Assembly: GCF_006345805.1 (NCBI RefSeq)
Contig: NW_021826445.1
Coordinates: forward strand, 1-13,169
Direction: 5' to 3'
Length of the DNA: 13,169 bases
DNA from: Octopus sinensis
Taxonomy: Eukaryota
The notes beneath the pieces are model-generated. The model was not told the origin of the DNA. It worked only from the letters and a program-made list of their open reading frames with translations, and made no database searches. Below are positions 1 to 9,088 of this stretch, piece by piece (positions within the stretch are counted from its first letter, which is position 1; the number at the start of each line of letters is the position of its first letter). Made by a program: the position numbers and the translations under genes.

Positions 1-784
1 TGTCGAGTTGTGGACTAATCTTGAAATGTACGTTCTCAAATAACCTTTGCATTTGATTTTTTAATGTCTCTACCCCCCCATACTTTCGTGAGTTGAATTG
101 AGCAAACACTATATGAGAGAGGTTTTCTTTAAGTATTACAAATAGTTTTTTAAAAAAGTTTTTTTTAGCTGCTATTCTCTATGAGTTCAGTATGCGGCAA
201 AGTAATTTTTTTACTAAGCCCTTTAATATAATGTAATAATTTGAATTCGCCTTAAATGGTCCCTTTGCATACTGAATACTTGGTGAAATTGATTAATAAT
301 TAATTTTACCCTCATTGTTTGAAATTATATTCATCTCTCTCTATTTAATAATGCCTCGGATTTTACCGAAAAAGCATAGTGTTTACTGATTTTTTTACCA
401 CGCTGGTGGAAAGGGAGAGCATAATTCTTCGCTTGCATATTTGAGTTTGCTGGCACTGTTTAGTTCGAGCGCGATCTTCAGAAGCGATAAGAAGCCGAAA
501 GGGTATGCTCCCACTTCAGTGTTTTTCAAATCCAAACCAGGGAGTTCGGAGCTGATGATAGAAGTGTCGAGTTTGACTAATCTTGAAACGTACGTTCTCA
601 AATAACCTTTGCATTTGATTTTTTAATGTCTCTACCCCCCCCATACTTTCGTGAGTTGAATTGAGCAACACTATATGAGAGAGGTTTTCTTTAAGTATTA
701 GAAATAGTTTTAAAAAAGTTTTTTTTAGCTGCTATTTCTAATGAGTTCAGTATGCGGCAAAGTAATTTATTTTACTAAGCCCTT

Positions 785-785
<1 letters not shown>
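1..785. repeat. Tandem duplication, period ~564 bp (1..224 repeated at 565..785); the second unit ends at a (TA)n tract
   Basis: TGTCGAGT..GACTAATCTTGAAA..TACTAAGCCCTTT aligns at 1-224 and 565-785, roughly 95% identical by eye, mostly homopolymer-length differences. Confidence 0.93.
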
Positions 786-816
<31 letters not shown>

Positions 817-864
817 ACATTTTTGTCTACATTCATTGTCAGAGACCCAGTTTTTTTTTCTCAG

Positions 865-929
865 GAAAATGATTTTTCAAACCAAATGGAAAGTTATATT
901 GAAACATGTAGAAACGAATACTGTTCTAG
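865..929 (+). CDS. Candidate 65-nt internal coding exon (ENDFSNQMESYIETCRNEYCS..), product unknown
   Basis: Acceptor TTTTTTTTTCTCAG|G at 864/865, donor CTAG|GTGTGT at 929/930, non-repetitive open frame between (TA)n tracts. No recognised homology. Two upstream AGs lie close to the acceptor. Confidence 0.3.
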
Positions 930-1109
930 GTGTGTGTGAAGGAGTGTATGCATGTGTACATATATATGTGTGTGTGTACGTGTGTATATATATATATATG
1001 AACAAATATAAACAAGGAGTTACAGCATTTTTACTTGTGAGATTTTTGCTACCACTGGTACTATTTATTTCTTTTTTCCGTGTTAATTGTTAACAAGGTA
1101 AAATGCAAT

Positions 1110-1345
1110 TTATATATATATATATAATATATATATATATATATAATATATATAATATATATATATCTATATCTATATACATATATATAGTTATATATAA
1201 ATTTTATATATATATATATATATATATTAATATATACATATACATAGTATATATATATGTATATATATATATATAATATAATATATAAAAAAATATAAAT
1301 ATTGCATATATACATACATATATGTCCATACCTACATATATACAT
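1110..1345. repeat. (TA)n-rich compound microsatellite; smaller (TA)n at 790-816 and TG/TA at 960-1000
   Basis: Direct reading. Confidence 0.95.
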
Positions 1346-1527
1346 ATGTAGACATGCATATATGGGTACAGCACATCAAAAAACCGACAACAAAATGAGA
1401 AATTAGAACATAAAAAGCAAAAACATAGAAAACAAACCTTTTTTTCGAACAACGAAAGAAAGAAATAGAGAGAGATCATTCCCTTGTTCAGTTGTCCCCT
1501 GTTTTATCTACTCCGCGTTCGAAGGTA

Positions 1528-1600
1528 TATGTTTGTGTGTCTATGTTTGTCACCCCAACATCGCGTGACAACCGATGCTGGTGTATTTACGTCCCCGTAA
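1528..1600 (+). mobile_element. Internal fragment of SINE family A (same family as 10614-11031)
   Basis: TGTTTGTC..CCC..TGACAACCGATGCTGGTGT.TTTA.GTCCCCGT matches ~10810-10878. Confidence 0.85.
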
Positions 1601-1616
1601 ATGCACAGGATCAAAG

Positions 1617-1995
1617 ACAACGCCATATCATATACCGGTAAAAACAGGATCAAAGAGAAAGAAGAAGGAAAGAAACAAACAAACTAAAGAAATATGACAA
1701 TTTGAAGTGGGGAATACGAAGGTTGTGGTCAATGAAGAGAGTGGACGTCATACCAGTAGGATATGGCACGCTTGGAAGTATCAGCACTCAACTATCAACA
1801 TGGCACAAAAAGATAAGTACAAATGTAAAGATAGGACTCTTACAAAAATCATCATTGCTTGACGTGTTTTGAAGGGTTCTCGAAGCACGATCAATAAAGT
1901 GTCACCTTAGTCAACTGGCTGGGAACAGCTGACACTTTCCATCATACGCAGCAAAATAAGCTCAGAGTCTTCATGAAACAATAATATTAATAATC
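1617..1995 (+). mobile_element. 3' remnant of an RLE-endonuclease non-LTR retrotransposon (R4/Dong/NeSL-like): ORF C-terminus, 3'UTR and (AAT)n tail
   Basis: Translates with a frameshift as DNAISYTGKNRIKEKEEGK.., then from 1687 KKYDNLKWGIRRLWSMKRVDVIPVGYGTLGSISTQLSTWHKKISTNVKIGLLQKSSLLDVF*RVLEA. This is the typical RLE C-terminus (KYxDLKxEIxRLW..VIPVVIGALG..LQK..LL). A ~90-nt UTR and AATAATATTAATAAT follow. Confidence 0.85.
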
Positions 1996-2483
1996 AAAGA
2001 AATGAAAGAGAAACAGTGTGCGTGTCTATTATTGGCATAATGACCCTCCCAAAATGCAAGAAAATCTGTTTCAACATTCTGGTTGTTAGATCGAGAATAC
2101 TTTCTGGGAAACTCCTTTCCTCGGCAATTATGATGTTAACTGAGATGATGTGCCGCATGAATTCCTGATTCCTGGATGTACTTTGACACTTGGAAACCAG
2201 TAAATGTTATGACAAAATTATGAGGTGAGATGTAAAACATGCTGGAATCGTTATTAATCATTCTTCTTTTCACTTTACGTAGATGCGAATAATGTTCCTG
2301 TTGATGCAGAAATGTCAGATAAGGAATTATGTACATTATTTACATTATTTATATTTGTCAGATATTTGTCCTCTTCTTGTTTGTTGTTAACAAAACGTCT
2401 CCGCTGATATACCCTCCAGCCTTCATCATGTGTCTTGGGGAAATTTCGAACATGGGTTCTTATTCCTAAGGTATTTTTCGATG

Positions 2484-2542
<59 letters not shown>

Positions 2543-2796
2543 CATTGTTGTTGTTGTTGTTGTTGTTATTATCATTATCATTATTATTATTATTATTCAA
2601 GTCACTGCCTAGAATCGAACTCTGATCTTGGGGTTAGTAGCCTGCACTCTTAACCACAACGCCATATGTCCATGGGCATAAATTGATTAAATTCGTTTCC
2701 ATTGTTTCCATCAATAATCAAAGAAGTGAAAGAGAAACAGTGCGTGTGTTTATTACTGGCCTAATGACCCTCCCAAAATACAAGAAAATCTGTTTC
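1989..2796 (+). repeat. 84-bp dispersed direct repeat (1989-2072 and 2713-2796)
   Basis: AATAATCAAAGAA.TGAAAGAGAAACAGTG..TAATGACCCTCCCAAAAT.CAAGAAAATCTGTTTC, about 7 substitutions in 84 bp. Confidence 0.93.
2317..2677 (-). mobile_element. tRNA-derived SINE-like element: Pol III head, internal (AAT/AAC)n tract, and a tail with a degenerate hammerhead-like motif
   Basis: Minus strand: A-box TGGCGTTGTGG (2664-2654), anticodon-like loop CTACTAA, B-box GTTCGATTC (2620-2612), microsatellite 2597-2488. The tail contains GACAC-ATGATGA-A-GGCTG-(10 nt)-CAGCG-GAGA-CGTT (2434-2394) and ends in AATGTAAAT-type repeats. Confidence 0.8.
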
Positions 2797-2973
2797 CTCA
2801 TGAAAAATCTTACGAGACAAACGCAAAAACGGAAACTTTCACATTATCTTAACTTGTTGCGCGACTAGTTCGCGTTTCTATCTGCCGTTGGTCTATGGCT
2901 TGAAACTAATGACCTGAAATTCATATGGCTCAATGGAATAACTTAGATATTGGTATCATTACTGAGAGTGACC

Positions 2974-3062
2974 TTCAAATTTTGGCACAAGGCCAGCAAT
3001 TTCGTGGGAGAAGGTAAGTCGATTACTTCGACCCCCAAGTACTCAATTGGGACTTTATTGAT
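2974..3062 (-). mobile_element. 3' fragment of SINE family B
   Basis: TTCAAATTTTGGCACAAGGCCAGCAATTTC..TAAGTCGATTAC.TCGACCCC; the latter part is the reverse complement of the GGGGTCGATGTAATCGACTTA segment at 12590-12611, and it resembles 8905-8960. Confidence 0.8.
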
Positions 3063-3109
3063 ATTGAAAAAAGCAAATTGTGGGACAATCATGTATTATA
3101 TGCTAAGGA

Positions 3110-5450
3110 TCTTATTTTATTTTATCCGGGTTCTGCCATTCACTGAGATGTTGCTGGAATGGTTTACAGTTTTTTTCTCGTTCTGCCATCAGGTAGAGAT
3201 ATCTATTCCAGAGGAACTTCATTTCTATATCTATAGCGCGTCTCAGAACCAGAACCAGGTCCAGATCAAAACCCTTCTTCATACCACTCACAGATTATAC
3301 ATTTAAGGTGTCTACAAAGAAACTTCATGTTGAGTTGGTGTTTCAAACCTTCAGTGAGCCAGTTACCTCCCCTTCAAGTTTCCAAAATATAAAGGTAAAA
3401 AAGAAAAGTATATGATAAATACTTGGCTGAATGAGTAAACACCATCGTTGAGTGAATGCCTGTTTGAAATATTCCTCTACGATACGGCATACCGGTGGAT
3501 CTTAAACTTCTTACGCCATAGACTGGTTTCATGGAAGACAGTTATTCCACAGTCCGGGAGATATCGTGCGTAACAAAGCATAATAAAGTGCTTCATATTA
3601 TTTAATTATTACTTCTATAATGCACAGATACATCCATGCAAAAACATTTTGGACACTGCGATGGGCAATAAAATGGAAATAAAATTTTAAAATTTATTCT
3701 TTTTGCATAACCCGATACCAATGATCCACGGCCCTCGTACTGGTCCGTGACCCTGATTGTGGGGACGACTGGTGTATACTTTCCATATTTATGTACGGAA
3801 ATGGTGACTCATTTTGAAAGCAGATTGCTGAAGACCCTGATCAAGGTTTGTGCGAATTGAAGAGCTTCTAAGATCGATGGACAGAATCAAATACTCTTTT
3901 TCCTTTTTTGGAACTCAGCCCAGCTGAAACCAATGGTTTTTCCATTCCTTTGTTCCTCAGACATCATAGTTCTGTCGAACAGAAATCCGTTCGTTGCAGC
4001 CTCGAACCTTTTTTCTTCCAAGCTGCTTGCTACGCAGTGATAACAGAGATCTCATGGAAATAGTTTTAGAAACGCCGTGCAGATTTTATATGTTCAATTC
4101 TTATTGACCAGTAGATTTTTTTCTTTGTGTGAGGGGAGTTACACAAAGTTATCAGTTTCATTTCTACCTGCACCAAACAGTTTCGTATCAACTGAGATCT
4201 TGTTGGTAAAGTCAATAAAATACCAAGCGTAGAGCATCAATTTTATGGACCTGTAGCCGAAAATTGTGGCTCTTCCTGACGATTTCCTGTCTTGAAGGTT
4301 TAGATAATGATTTTAAGGATATCGCTATTTATGAATTTTGGTGAAATGCAGAGCAATCACGGATTTTTGTCAGTGAATAGGTCACGGTCTTAAAGCGACG
4401 AAAATATTTTGACAAATTAAACTTAAATGTTGAAGTGAATCGAACGGTTTTTGTGTGTTTCTTAAATGGCTTACAAATACCTTTCCCGCTGCAATTGTTT
4501 TCGTTTCATCACACGATCTCAGATCAAATCACTTGCTATGCAAGTACATCTCCGTAAGAGCAATAATTATTGCTCTCGACAACTTTCACATCCGAGTCGT
4601 CCAGAAAGCGATATCAACCTTTCTCTTAAAAAAACAGAGACACGAGAGATCACTCACTGACTATGCACTCATCCGTTTTAGGTTCGATATTTTAATTGGG
4701 AGTTCGAAGGTAAAATACGTAAGATATCATTTCTTTTGTTTCTCGCGTCATTGTCGTTTGTCTACCTCGAGATCAGTCATGACCGATCAGGTTTGATCAA
4801 AGACTTCTTAGACAACCCATAACAATATCATCCTTCATAGAAGACGGTAAGGTGTGATTTATAAGAGACTTGGCTGTTAACTCTACAAGTTCGAATCATG
4901 ATCGATCATACCGATGGTTAAGTGATTGGCAGCGTGACCATCCCGACATTTTAGAGTTGTCTAAATCTGTAATGTCTCTGAATTTGCTCCTTTTTTTTAT
5001 ACCAGCGTCATTGAAGGCGATTGTGGCTGCTCTTTCTAGCAGAAGCTCATGCTTTGAAATGGTTGCTATTTGGTATGACTGTATTGTTTAGAAGTTAATA
5101 CCTTATCATTTCGGGTTCAGTTTCGAATTTCTTCTATTCACACTGAATTTTGGCTCGGCTGCCTCTTCCCAGTCGACATATTTCTCCAGAATGACTTTTA
5201 AGATTCCCAGAAGATTCTGGGAATCTTACTGATTGACTCCTCACCTCACGTCTCTGTAAACTGTTGATTGGTTTCAATTAAATATGTTGCTTATAATTGT
5301 GATTTCCAGTTATATTCCTAAGAGACGCTTCTTCACCGGACGGGAACCCGATACCATGGGTTCCCAGGGTCGCAAAATGCGTTCGAATTATCGAAATACA
5401 CTGAGTCTTGCAAAGACAGTGCAGACGACTAACATCAACTTTTCCAGTGC
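3110..5450 (-). mobile_element. Heavily decayed APE+RT LINE (RTE-like), pseudogenised by many frameshifts and stops
   Basis: Motif remnants occur in the expected order on the minus strand. APE: HGIGF (5358-5344), EITIIS (5306-5289), HELLLE (5051-5034), IDH (~4900), IVMGCLR (~4815). RT: PSRQEIV..ATGP (4257-4246), NLHGVS (4085-4068, cf. NYRGIS), FDSVHR (3891-3874), LCYA[D]DIS..TVE*LSSM (3581-3557, 2-nt deletion in YADD). C-terminal: GSET (3250-3239), DGRTR (3190-3176), QQH (3156-3148). Each match is loose; the order and spacing carry the call. Confidence 0.72.
3670..3771 (-). mobile_element. Single terminus of a hAT (Charlie/Buster, MER1-like) DNA transposon or MITE inside the LINE RT region
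   Basis: Minus strand CAGTCGTCCCCACAATCAGGGTCACGGACCAGTACGAGGGCCGTGGATCATTTGGTATCGGG resembles the Charlie-type end CAGGGGTCCCCAAC..CACGGACCGGTACCGGTCCGTGG. The adjacent 8 bp GTGTATAC (3772-3779) fits a GTNTANAC hAT target site. No second TIR found. Confidence 0.7.
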
Positions 5451-5676
5451 ATAAGCGGTCCCTTATTTTATCAACTCTGAATGATGAAAGATAACGCCTG
5501 GCAGATTTGATCTCTGGACGTATATGATAACAACTTCCTTGACATTTTTCCCAGGGTGCACTTTTCTGATCTATTTTTAACCGTTAACATTGCAACTAAC
5601 AACCGTTCTTGCTGATAAACTCTCTCTTCATCGAATGAGGAAACGAGTGACCCCCCCCCAACGCCTGAAGGCGTGC

Positions 5677-5830
5677 TGGCCTTGCGATTATAGTATTGTA
5701 CTCTCGATCGTCAAATCGTGGTTTCGATTCCCGGATCGGGCGGTACGTTGTGGATTCGGTTCCCGAGCCGGGCGATTGCTCCATTCCACTTGGTTGTAAA
5801 TGAGTTCCAACAGACACTGGACAACAACCA
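5677..5830 (+). mobile_element. Old, degraded tRNA-derived SINE (third family) with a duplicated B-box segment
   Basis: A-box-like TGGCCTTGCGATTA (5677), B-box GGTTTCGATTCCC (5720-5732), second copy GGATTCGGTTCCC (5752-5764), body TTGCTCCATTCCAC..TGTAAATGAGT. Confidence 0.65.
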
Positions 5831-5919
5831 TCCTTGAACTCCGACGTAGAGATTTTAGCGGCACAACTTGACCGATATCAGTTGTTAAACAGTGGAGGCC
5901 AAAAAACATAAAGCTTTAT

Positions 5920-5921
<2 letters not shown>

Positions 5922-5972
<51 letters not shown>

Positions 5973-6011
5973 CACACACACCACACACACACACACCACA
6001 CACACACACAC

Positions 6012-6068
<57 letters not shown>

Positions 6069-6106
6069 ACAAACACACAAACACACAAACACACACACAC
6101 ATACAC
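5922..6106. repeat. (CA)n microsatellite
   Basis: Direct reading. Confidence 0.98.
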
Positions 6107-6206
6107 TCAGAGGGATTTCACATATTTTCCGGTATATCAAATTTACTTTCAAGGCATTGGTTAGCCTGGAACTGTAATGTGTAACACCCAAAATGCCGTG
6201 CTGTAG

Positions 6207-6775
6207 AACTGAACCCGAAATGACACTGTCGCAATGCTAAGGTATTAACTTCTAAACAATACAGTCGTACTTGCACCAAATAGCAACCATTTCAAAGCAT
6301 GAGCTTCTGCTAGAAAGAGCAGCCATAATCGCCTTCAATAACACTGTTAAAAAAAGGAGCAAATTCAGAGACATTACAGATTTAGACAGCTCTAAAATGT
6401 CGGGGGTGGTCACGCTGCCAATCATTTTACCCATCGGTCTGATCGATCATGATTCGACCTTGTAGAGTTAGCAGCCGATTCCCTTATAAATCACACCTTA
6501 CCGTCTTCTATGAAGGATGATCTTGTTATGGGTTGTCTAAGAAGTCTTTGATAAAACCTGATCGGTCATGATCGATCTCGAGATAGACAAACGACAATGA
6601 CGCGTGAAAAAAAAAGAAACGATATCTTACGTATTTTACCTTCGAACTCCCAATTAAAATATCGAACCTAAAACGGATGAGTGCATAGTCAGTGAGTGAT
6701 CTCTCGTGTCTCTGTTTTTTTAAGTGAAAGGTTGATATCGCTTTCTGGACGACTCGGATGTGAAAGTTGTCGAGA
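6207..6775 (+). mobile_element. Inverted partial copy of the decayed LINE (C-terminal half of APE plus linker)
   Basis: Reverse complement of 4574-5122; retains NAK (cf. GDFNAK, ~6233), HELLLE (6298-6315) and LIDH (6439-6450). Confidence 0.8.
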
Positions 6776-6946
6776 CCAAACAAACATGGCGAAACAGAGA
6801 GAAGCCAACGAATGAATTAAAAAAGAACAAAATACTAAAAGAAAAAGAAAAAAGAAAAAAGAAAAAAAGACCTCCAATAGTCCTCTAATGAAAATCTAAT
6901 GGTCTTAATTGTCTCTTAAAAAGATATTAATTTATTTAATTTTTCA

Positions 6947-6967
6947 TCATTATTATTATTATTGTTG

Positions 6968-7032
<65 letters not shown>

Positions 7033-7267
7033 GTCATTGCTGCTGCTGTTGTTGTGTTGTCATTATTCATATAATAATCGTTGCTGATGTTATTATTAAT
7101 ATCGTCATCGTCATCATCACCGTCATCATCACCATCACCATCATCACCATCATCATCATCATCATCATCATCATCACCATCATCATCATCACCATCACCA
7201 TCATCATCATCACCATCATCATAATCATCATCATCATCGTCATCATCATCATCATCACCATCATCAT

Positions 7268-7307
<40 letters not shown>

Positions 7308-7450
7308 GTCATCATCATCATCATCATCATAACCGTCATCATCGTTATCATCGACGTCGTCGTCGTCGGCGTCGTCTTCTTCATGTCGTTACTATTGTTG
7401 TTGCTATTGTTGTTGTTGCTGTTGTTATCATTCCCTTTATTACTACTATA
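6947..7450. repeat. Compound trinucleotide microsatellite (TAT)n-(TGT/TGC)n-(CAT/CAC)n-(CGT)n-(TGT)n
   Basis: Direct reading; source of the poly-Y/I/M ORFs. Confidence 0.97.
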
Positions 7451-7564
7451 ATTATTCGTCTTCTTGTTGCTGTCGCTGTCGTTATAATTTAATGGGAGGG
7501 GAAGTGCTTTAAAACCGAAATTAAAAAACAAATGAAATTTATAAACCAAAATTAAAAAAAAACA

Positions 7565-8804
7565 TATACATCCATCCATTCATCCATATATACATACATA
7601 CATACATACATATATATATAAATACACACACACACACACACACATACAAGCACACACACACATACACACACACATGGTTTAAGGGTGAGAGAAAGAAAGA
7701 AAACAAGATAAGAATAAAACGTAGTTTCTAGAAGTTGCAATAACTATTTTTTATTATTTTATTTTCAATTTTGGCTTTGTTTTTTTGTTTTTTTTCAAAT
7801 TATTCCTGTTTATTTTTCATCTTGTTTTTTAATTATATTCTTAATAATATTGATCATGAGAATGGTGAGGCTGCTGATGATGGTGATCATGATTATGTTG
7901 ACGACACTTGTTTTTTTTTGTCTTTTGTATTTGTTCTTGAATTTAAGGGAGGAAAAACCGAACCAAAAAAAATAAAGACGAAAAAAAAAGTTTAAATTGT
8001 GAATCATTTTAAAGTCGTCAGTCCTCACATTCTGTATGTGTGTATGTACGTGTGTGCATGTGTGTGTGTATGTGTGTGTGTATTTGTGTGTGTCTGTGTT
8101 TCTGTGTGCGTTTTATGTGCTTGACTCTACGTGTTTGTATATTTGACTTCTTGTTTACATTTTTAGCTTTTTTGCTTTCCATATTCTGTTGTTTATATGG
8201 TCGTTTGTTAATTTCTGTGTGTATGTGTGTGTATATGTGTGTGTGTGTGTATGTTTGTATGTGTGTGTTTGATTGTGTGAGAGACTTCGTGTACGTGTGT
8301 GTGTTTGTGAGTGAATGAATTTTTATGGTGAATGAGTGTGTGTGTGTGTAGAATGTGTTTTTAAGAGTAGAGGAGGTCAACAATAATTTTAGAGAGCGAG
8401 GGCATAACAAGTAATAATAGAGATAGTGGGGATTTATTTGGCGGGGGTGGGGTTAGTCTTTGTTTCTATTGTTGTTTTAATATTGTAGTGGTGGTGGTGG
8501 TGCTGCTGGCGGTAGGGGCGTAATTGAGGTGCTGAAGGTAAAGTTAGTAGTGGGGATGGTGTTGGTGGCGGCAGTGGTGGCGTTTGTAGAAGCAAAAGGA
8601 AGAATTATGTTATAATGATGTCGGTCATGATAATAAATACATCATTAGCGATGATGTTACTGTTGATGTTGTTAATAACGATAATGGCGATGATGATTAT
8701 GATGAAGACGATGATGTTGTTGATGATGATGATGATGATGATGATGATGTTGAGGATGATGATGATAAAAGAAGGCATAAAATGATATAAGAGAAAATAC
8801 ATCA

Positions 8805-8863
<59 letters not shown>

Positions 8864-8903
8864 TTAATAATAATAATAATAACAACAATAATAATGATAA
8901 TAA
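7565..8903. repeat. Low-complexity block: (CATA)/(CA)n 7565-7675, TG-rich 8029-8350, G-rich (GGT)n 8470-8600, (GAT)n/(AAT)n 8600-8903
   Basis: Direct reading. Confidence 0.9.
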
Positions 8904-8904
8904 T

Positions 8905-9088
8905 AGCGCAAGGTCAGTAATTTTGGATGAGTAGTAAGTCAATTACATTGGCCCCAGTGTTCAACTGGTACTTTATTTATCGACCCCAAAAGGATGAAAG
9001 GCAAAGTCGACCTCGGTGTAATTCGATCTCAGAACAGGATTGCCGCAAAGCATATTGCCCGGAGTGCCAATGATTTTGCCAGCTTGCC
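8905..9088 (-). mobile_element. SINE family B copy, diverged
   Basis: Reverse complement matches the 12446-12610 head and body (CTGGCA..CTGAG..CGAGGTCGACTTTGCCTTTCATCCTTT.GGGGTCGATAAAT..AGTACCAGTT). Confidence 0.9.

Larger units (their letters stand above)
4574..6775. repeat. Long inverted repeat: arms 4574-5122 and 6207-6775, spacer ~1.08 kb
   Basis: The arms are reverse complements along their full length (TCTCGACAACTTTCACA.. / ..TGTGAAAGTTGTCGAGA; ..TCATTTCGGGTTCAGTT / AACTGAACCCGAAATGA..). About 25 substitutions plus 6- and 14-nt indels, roughly 93-95% identity by eye. The ORF track shows the same peptides on both strands. Confidence 0.97.

Noticed and set aside
395-601. 68-aa minus-strand ORF as a gene
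   Set aside because: Short, no recognisable domain, TTG start, lies in a tandem-duplicated unit; kept only as part of a finding.
2283-2330. Exon-like ACGTAG|ATGCGAAT.. (DANNVPVDAEMSDKEL)
   Set aside because: No convincing donor, and the 3' half belongs to the tail of the tRNA/hammerhead element.
2597-2677. Functional tRNA gene (also considered for the heads at 5677, 10614, 12371 and 12446)
   Set aside because: No intact acceptor stem or cloverleaf, and each continues into a SINE body.
3895-3990. Mariner-like reading on the minus strand (NYD..TKEWK..PKKEK)
   Set aside because: No DD34D context or TIRs; the same bases lie between collinear LINE RT motifs.
5342-5365. 8-bp hairpin GGGAACCC/GGGTTCCC
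   Set aside because: Short, overlaps the LINE HGIGF codons, and is plausible by chance.
4574-6775. Interpretation as a foldback/MITE transposon with 550-bp TIRs
   Set aside because: The left arm is continuous with LINE sequence beyond both of its ends, and no TSD flanks 4574 or 6775.
8489-8537. Exon-like TTGTAG|..GAAG|GTAAAG (GGGGAAGGRGVIEVLK)
   Set aside because: Largely (GGT)n low-complexity sequence; the splice-like motifs are likely chance.
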